A stretch of DNA of 64,000 bases from contig OX597814.1 in NCBI GenBank assembly GCA_951406725.2, positions 49,538,001 to 49,602,000 on the forward strand, written 5' to 3'. This DNA comes from Octopus vulgaris (lineage: Eukaryota). Numbering within the stretch: position 1 is the first letter of the stretch; each line of letters opens with the position of its first letter. Shown here piece by piece: positions 56,508 to 64,000 of the stretch. Under the pieces are notes generated by a model that searched no databases, was not told the DNA's origin, and saw nothing but the letters and a program-made list of their open reading frames with translations. The position numbers and the translations under genes are program-made.

Positions 56508-58659
56508 TACATATATATATATATATACATATGTGTGTGTGTGTGTATGTATGTGTGTGTATACATCATCGTCATCATCATTTAACGTCCATTTTCCATG
56601 CTAGCATGGGTCTGGGAAGCCAGGAGGCTGCACCAGGCTCCAGTCTGACATATACATATAAATGTATATATCTATGTGTGTCTTAGTATCTGTGTTTGTT
56701 CCTCACCCACTGGATGACAACTGGTGTTGGTGTGTTTATGTTCCCCATAACCTAGAGGTTTGGCAAAAGAGACCGATAGAATAAGTACTAGACTTAAGAA
56801 ATAAGTCCTGAAGTCGATTTGTTTGACTAGGACCCTTCAATGCGGTGTCCCAGCATGACCGCAATCAAATGACTGAAACAAATTCAGGATAAAAGATATA
56901 TGTAAGGTTTGCAGGCTGAAACTGTCTCCCTCATTCTTGCAAAAAATTAATAAACATGTCCTCTATTGAGTAATCTTTCAATTTAATGGTAAGTAGATTT
57001 TATATATAACTTGACATAAATATAAACAGTAGCACACACAAATCATCAAAATAATTTGTTGTTGTTGTTGTTTAGCCAAAGATCAGCCTTGACTAAACAG
57101 AGTTATGATCAAAGGCACTGAAGCCAAAACACTGCATCTTTTTCCATACTCTGAACAACATTATCCAAAGTGTTCTTCCCTTTCTTGTATGGTAATGTGA
57201 TATGGTTGCTATTTCTAGTAGGTTGAAACTCCACATAGATGTTCCCTTGATTTCTTTTTTTTTTTTTATGGTACAGATTAGTTGACTCAACTAATTTTTA
57301 CATTTACATCAGTACTTGGCACAAATATTTATATGACAGGATAAATCCTCCTTTCTGGTTATAAATAATGCTTCTGCAAGATATACCAAAGTATATTGAG
57401 TAATCCTCTAAAATCCCTATGGCCACAATTTTTTTTGTTCTCTATTTATGGCCATGCAATATCAACCCTATATTTTATTGGTTTGGGTTTGATTTATTGT
57501 TTAACTTTATAATTACTTTGTTCTTCTGAATTTTTTGTTGTCATATCTATTTTTGTCAGGAATGTTACCTACAAGTGCATGAGTGTGTGTGTGTGTGTGT
57601 GTGTTTTCAAGTGTTTATGTGGGTGGATTAGTGTGTTGATGAAAACTGTTCCATTATAGCTACAGTATCATCACAAATCTTTTCGAGTCTATTCTACTTG
57701 GCTTTTTTCTTACTTGAAAACAGATGGCGTTCTTGTTATATAGTAATTTAGTTTACTGAAAAGTGTAACATATTGAAATATGTAGAAGTCATTTGAAGTT
57801 CAGTGTTCTGTTTTGTTTATTTTTTAATATTTAGTCAATAGGATGAGAGGAAAATTAGGGCACAATATGAAATAGTAAACAATATTTAGTTCTGTAATTC
57901 TATTTTCTGAGTTCAAACCCTGCAAGATTTATAAAATAAACACCAGTCATGTGATTATATTTCTAACAAGATTACATTCTGCCTTTACATCTTAAATTTC
58001 AAAATAATTAAAAAGTATGAGAGGTTTAGTTATATAATTAACCTTCAACTTAATGAAATCTAATGCTATTTTCAAGTAATAATGAAATTACAGTCTAAAA
58101 TGCAAATTTAAACTTAAATACTTTGATAAAGACAGTTTCATGTAGATTGGTCTTAAAAGGGTTAACTGCTCATATATAACTTTTCCCCTACAGATTTGAA
58201 TAAATATGTCACATCTTGAGCTTCGTTTTGAGTTTAAATATTATAGGGATTAATAATTCATTTTTATGTCTTTTGAGATAAATCATATGAGAATTAGCCA
58301 TTCTATTGGAACTGATTAAACTTACATATATATGACAAGCTTTCACACAGTTTCTAACTACCAAATTCACTCACATAGCATTGGTTGGCCCAAGGCTATA
58401 GTAGAAGACATTTGCCTGAGATATCATGCAATGGGACAACCTAAAACCACATGGTTGCAAAGCAAGCTTATTAACCACATAGCCATGTCTATGCCTATCT
58501 TAATCACACAACCATCTCAAGCAAGCGTAATATTTCCTAATCAAATATCAATTAAAGGGTAATTAGCCTAGTTGACTTCAGGAATAGAATACCCATACAT
58601 TGGATTAGTTTTCTGGTATCTTCTACTTACCCATAGCTTTATTTGAACTTAGTACTTAA

Positions 58660-58869
58660 CCCTTTCGTTACCAACCCGGCTCTGGCTTTGAGTACAAATG
58701 TCTTGTTTTCATAAGTTTTGAATTAAAATCTTCCACCAAACCTTAGTCACAATTTATGTTCCTAACACTAGCTTAATGATAACCAAGTTATTTTACTAAA
58801 TTCTTTGTTATATTTAAAATAATTGAAAGAAACGCAGAGCATCTCAACAGAAATACAGTAACAAAAGGG
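58660..58869. mobile_element. piggyBac-type MITE with TTAA target-site duplication
   Basis: TTAA|CCCTTTCGTTAC ... GTAACAAAAGGG|TTAA. Confidence 0.88.
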
Positions 58870-59809
58870 TTAATGACATGTGAGTCAATTACGTTGTGCC
58901 TACATTATAGCAATATAAATTAACTGGTACTTTATTTTACTGATTCTGTAGAGTGGAGGGCAAAGTTGACCTTGGTAAGATTTGAACCTATTTCATTTAG
59001 AGCTACCTTTGTTGTTCTAGAAGATAAGAACTTCGTGGACAGAATATAATGTTTTCATTTTCAATCTTAAAGACTGTGTTTATTTTTGCTGTTTGTTAAA
59101 AATGATATTGATTTTCTTATCAAAACTATAGACTTTTAAGATATGTATAACTGAAAGAACCATAGCATATTGACATGGAGAAATGAAAGGCAAGCTGGAT
59201 TTCAATACAGTTTGATCTCTGTTAAAAATAAAATTTAAAGGAGTGTTTTGAGGCTTTTCTTTATAGAACTTAAACTACCACTTTAATTTTTTTAAATGTT
59301 AACTATTTTATGTCATATAAATTCTCCTACTGCATAAATTTTCTAAGTTTAAGCTATTTGTGTTGATAGGTTGATATATATGGCTCAGATTTAAATATAT
59401 GGGTAGCATGAGATAATTAATTGACTGATGGCTCATTCCCATTAGATCTTAAGTCTTACTAGTAAACACTAACTGAGAATATAAATACTACAAAGAACAG
59501 ATCTTTTCTGTTAGTAGCAAGAGTACTATATGATCAATGTTTCATCAGATTATTCTTTAGAGCTAACAGATTTTTGCAAGAGTTATTTGAATAATGGAAT
59601 AATCTGGAAGACTGAAAGAATTTAAGGTGAAATGTCAAAGAAAGTGAACGGCTCATAATGAAACCCTGAACTAGAAGATTTATGGAATGAAGGCATTTAA
59701 GAAAGTATCAGGAAGATATCATTATTATAATACACAGTAAGACTGTATAGAATAATTCTTATAGTTTTCTTATTGTCCAGTCTAATTCATAATAGCTTAA
59801 AAACAATAC

Positions 59810-60111
59810 TATTATAGCCTCGGGCCGACCAAAGCCTTGTGAGTGGATTTGGTAGATGGAAACTGAAAGAAGTCTGTCGTATATATGTATATATATATAT
59901 ATATATATGTGCATGTGTGTGTATGTTTGTGTGTCTGTGTTTGTCCACCAACATCGCTTGACAACCGATGCTGGTACGTTTACGTCCCCATAACTCAGCG
60001 GTTCGGCAAAAGAAACCGATAGACTAAGTACTAGGCTTACAAAGAATAACTCGATTAAAGGTGGCGCTCCAGCATGGCCACAGTCAAATGACTGAGACAA
60101 GTAAAAGAGTA
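59810..60111 (+). mobile_element. 5'-truncated SINE of the 16915 family
   Basis: Core, (TA)/(TG) microsatellite and CAAATGACTGAGACAAGTAAAAGAGTA tail. Confidence 0.88.
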
Positions 60112-63100
60112 TAAAATCAGCGTTTGCAGTTGCATTGAGTATAATTACCTGAAATGTCATTACAGTAGCCTGGGGATGATACATGCTATGTGGGTGGAAT
60201 TGGGTGGATAGAAAATGTATAAGCCAGTCAAATGAACTGTACCTGTAATTTGAAGAGCCAGTCTTGTTATACTGTGCCATGCTGATGTTACTTGAGAATT
60301 CGATTAACTCTTTAGCAGTTAAACCAGCCATATCCAATCCAAATATTCCATCTGTTTTATGTTCCTACTGATCAGCTCTGGTCTCCTACACCTACCCAAC
60401 AATGTCATTCTAAAAATCACCAAAGCCTTGTGAGTGGATTTGGTAGATGGAAACTGAAAGAAGTCTGTCATATATATGTATACTATGTGAAAATAAAAGC
60501 CTTACATTTGACTGAGTAATCTGAATGTTAACGAGATACACATGTTTGTAAAATACTCAACCACTTCAAACATTAATTGAATGAGTAGGTCATTTGGTTG
60601 ATTGAACAACTGGATGCTCAGCATATGCTAAAACCGACAAGAAAGCCAACCATTTTATAGACCTGAAGGAAATAAAAGACAATGTTAAACTTAAAAAGTA
60701 GAGAGATGTAACTAAATATTACAAGTCATTTATTCTGATGTGAAACAGCCTAGGTAGTAAAAATGTTGGTATCAACATAATTGCAAAGATGTAAACGGCC
60801 TTTTGAATCAGAGATGGATAAATTAAAATCTCTTGACATGACAAATGTTCTGTCTTGAGAGATTTCATGCATTTAAAATTGTGCAAACCCCAATAATTAA
60901 CAGTTGGAGATATGATGGAAAATTTGAATGACTGATTTATTATAAGGAAACTCTATTCATAATTATCAACATAAAATCTTAAGTTGTTGATGTAGAAAAA
61001 CTCTTCATGAATGCATTTCTATAATTTAAAGTTTCAAGTGACATTTTATTTATTTATTAAATGAATAAGTGTTTCGTTTTCAACTTATGGATCTTGTGAT
61101 AAAAACTACAATGTACTCAGTAGAGTTCACTGCGTCTTTTAAGAAAGGTAAATTATTTCAATTACATAGCAAAAAAAGGTGCAGGCATGGCTGTGTGGTC
61201 AGGAAGTTTGGTTCCCAACCATATGGTTCCAGGTTCAGTCTCACTGCAAGGTACCTTAAGCAAGTGTCTTCTAAAGCCTTGAGCAAGCCAAAGTTTTGTG
61301 TGTAGATTTGGTAGATGGAAATGAAAGCAACCCATCGTGTGTGTGTGTATTTATATATGTATGTATATATTATGGTCCTAAAAGAATAGAAAATTGGAGT
61401 ATTTCCAATGCAGCACTCCAATGCACCTGAACTCAAGGCCTTCTACACTCTTGAATAGGAGTCTAAAGGAAGATGGAAATGCTGCTGGAGGAAATCCAGG
61501 TATCACACTGCTAAATCTAATGCAGTGGATCTAGCGAAAAGTAAAATATAATTCAAATAAGGAAACAAAGAAAGAGTTTAGCACATCTTTAATAACTAGT
61601 AACATTTCTTTTGGTGTCACTTTGTTTTTAATGCCACTGCATACAAAAGTTCCATGCAAAAAGTTATGCAAATTTTGCATAGAGTGGCACTTCATCAGAC
61701 TTGCATCAAAAGGTGTGCTTTTACATTGTGTATCTGTCTAGCATTTTATATTGTATATGATATTGGGAGTGAACAGCAAATATAAATTAAGAATAAAAAT
61801 GGTGAAATAACAGATACATGATAATGCCAAATAAGATAAAAACAACATTGGAAGAAGAAGAAGTATGATGATGATAAGGAGGAGGAGGGGGGATCCTACT
61901 GAGGTAAACTCTGTCTTTCATCTTTTCAAGATTGATAAAATCCAAAGTGGATTAGAAGAACTGCAAAAAGGTCAGATTGGATGTCTTGGGGCATTTGTTC
62001 TAGCCCTTTGCATTCTGAGTCCAAATCCTACCACGGCTTACTTGGGTGGTAGACTTAATTTGTTTCTCAGTTAAATCTCCATTACCTGGCACCTTGGGTG
62101 CAAGATTCACTCCATCAAAAGCATTTGGGTCAGGTCTCTGGGTTGAAGTTACTTTCCTACTTACTAGTCTTGGAGGACTTATAAAGAATTAAAGACATTG
62201 CATTCTTCCTTGACTAAAAAAATGAAAAAAGAAAGAAAAAACAATGTAGGCATGGACACATTGGAGAATGTTTTTTTCAGACATATGCATGTCATTAATG
62301 CAGGTTTGGCATGCGTGGTCGAGGTTGCATATGAATGAAGCTTGGGTAAAGAGGGCCTGGGAAAAATGATGGGTCTTATATGAAGACATATTAGATAATA
62401 TAGTCCTAAAACAGAAATAGCTGTACATTATACATCAAAGGCCGGCATATTTATGGTTGATATTGGACTACTACAACAATAACAACTTCTCCCCCTCTCT
62501 CTCTCCCCGCTGGACTGACAATAACCTAGGATAACATCGTCGGTCACTGATTTCCTGGCTTGCACAAACTTTATTCTGATTCAATGGAATCTCCTATTTT
62601 CAATGTATATAACGGTTCCATCGTTAACAAAATCATTCTATTGATCTCAGCAGCGCGAACAGATAAGCCTACCTGATCAGAATTAAAAGGCATTATGATT
62701 AAGCAAAGCTGAACAAGAAAGCTATTGATCTGGCAGGTGAAATAGTCCTCATCCCACTTTTTCTCTTACGTTCGCCGCATAGTCCCTTTAGAAAGGCATT
62801 AACTTTACTCTTCCTCTAAAATGTGTAATCAAAAAGACTCCCGGCCGATATTGTCAACTGTTCATTCCAGAACTGTAACATATTTCGTGGGTACGTTTCG
62901 TTGAATCTTGATTTCTAACATAGGTACAAGGTCTCAAGTACGGGAAAGGGTTTGGTCAATTTAATAAACTCCTGCACTTAAATGATACCTATTTCATCGA
63001 CCCCGAAAGAATGAAACGAGATTCGAACTCAGAACGCAAATGTAAGCAACTAAATACCACAAGTTGTTTCGTTCAATGTTTTAGGTATGTGAAAAGTTAA

Positions 63101-63449
63101 ATATCGTTATTTTTTTAACTTACAGTATTTTTGAAGTCGTTAAAAGAAAGAAAAAAATCTTTATCTTCCCACTCATCCTCCTGTACAAACAAGCGACAAG
63201 TCGCTCCGGCTTTATTTACATATTGTTAGCATTTGATAGTTATATTTAAAACTAAGTTAATCCTATAATCTTCTATCATCAGTGCCGGCGAGTTACTGCT
63301 ACTGTTACTCTTAGCTGAATGAGTGTTACAGGTAAACAATTTAGCTAGAAAAAGAAAAGAAAAAAAAGTATCATCATTCGGATAGGGAAGTTCCCGTTTC
63401 GGTAGTGAATGTCAGTCACGTGGTTTTGTTTGTCGATTTCAAGGTCAAG

Positions 63450-63966
63450 ATGGCGGCGGCGGCTGCAGCAGCTGGTGCTAGTGTCTCGCGTTCGGGTCTC
63501 TACGAAGTCTATTTCCGACAACAATGGTGTTTGGTTTATGTGTCTCTTACCGAAGAATCCTTGGTGCTTACCTTGGACGAAAACCCAGACGCTTCATCCA
63601 TTGCCAACGGTGTCAGCAATGGCGTTTCGGACGTCAACGAGAAAGACACTAGCGGGGCACCGCTGATGCTCCGTAATGTCTGCGGTGGACCCTCTCATTT
63701 ACCGGATGGCATTACTGGACAGAAACGAATTGTTCGTGTGATCAAAGAAGAAGCAAACGGGCTGGGTATTAGCATAAAAGGTGGGAAGGAAAACAAAATG
63801 CCTATTTTAATTAGTAAGATTTTTAAGAGTATGGCTGCTGACAAAACGGAGAAATTGTACGTCGGTGATGCTATAATATCTGTGAATGGAGAAGATTTAC
63901 GGGATGCTACACACGACGAAGCTGTCAAAGCATTGAAAAAGGCCGGTAAAGAAGTCACGCTGGAAG
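63450..63966 (+). CDS. SNTB1: Syntrophin (beta-type / invertebrate Syn1-like), first coding exon: N-terminal half of split PH domain plus PDZ; gene continues beyond the window
   Basis: ATG in AAGATGGCG; RSGLYEV...W..V.V.L.E..L PH start; [63 protein letters not shown]; phase-1 donor G|gtaagg. The symbol denotes the family; orthology to one vertebrate paralog is not established. Confidence 0.93.
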
Positions 63967-64000
63967 GTAAGGTTTTATAGTGGTATTTTCCTTCTTTGGT

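Noticed and set aside
59759-60337. 192-aa minus-strand ORF
   Set aside because: Runs antisense through a SINE and its microsatellite; no domain similarity.
63405-63449. Upstream GTG start for syntrophin
   Set aside because: The ATG at 63450 has strong context and matches the family N-terminus; the ORF tail after 63966 is intron read-through.

Overview
AT-rich, repeat-dense eukaryotic genomic DNA, not prokaryotic. The SINE/RTE repertoire and a cox1 fragment read in the invertebrate mitochondrial code suggest a mollusc, probably an octopod cephalopod (inference). There are two host genes. The first is a complete 9-exon AHSA1/Aha1 (Hsp90 ATPase activator) gene on + (14573-44246, 342 aa, all introns GT-AG, phases consistent), with a perfect heat-shock element and tandem CRE/ETS motifs in its promoter. 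The second is the first coding exon of a beta-type syntrophin (split PH + PDZ) at 63450-63966. Divergently upstream of AHSA1 lies an internally deleted inducible-type hsp70 pseudogene (3758-4242, -). A long phased HSE array (5734-5808) survives on the far side of a fold-back/Helitron-like insertion next to it. The rest is transposon debris: Helitrons, mariner, maT, Merlin, Chapaev3-like, piggyBac-type MITEs, fold-back MITEs, RTE, CR1, I/Jockey-group and CRE-like LINE fragments, and tRNA-derived SINEs, plus a cox1 NUMT. I found no wholly new multi-gene system. The best leads are the orphaned HSE array in a heat-shock neighbourhood, possible restorative A-to-I recoding in the AHSA1 N-terminus, and several DNA-repair and transposon junction signatures. 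All family assignments come from motif recognition by eye; no database searches were run.
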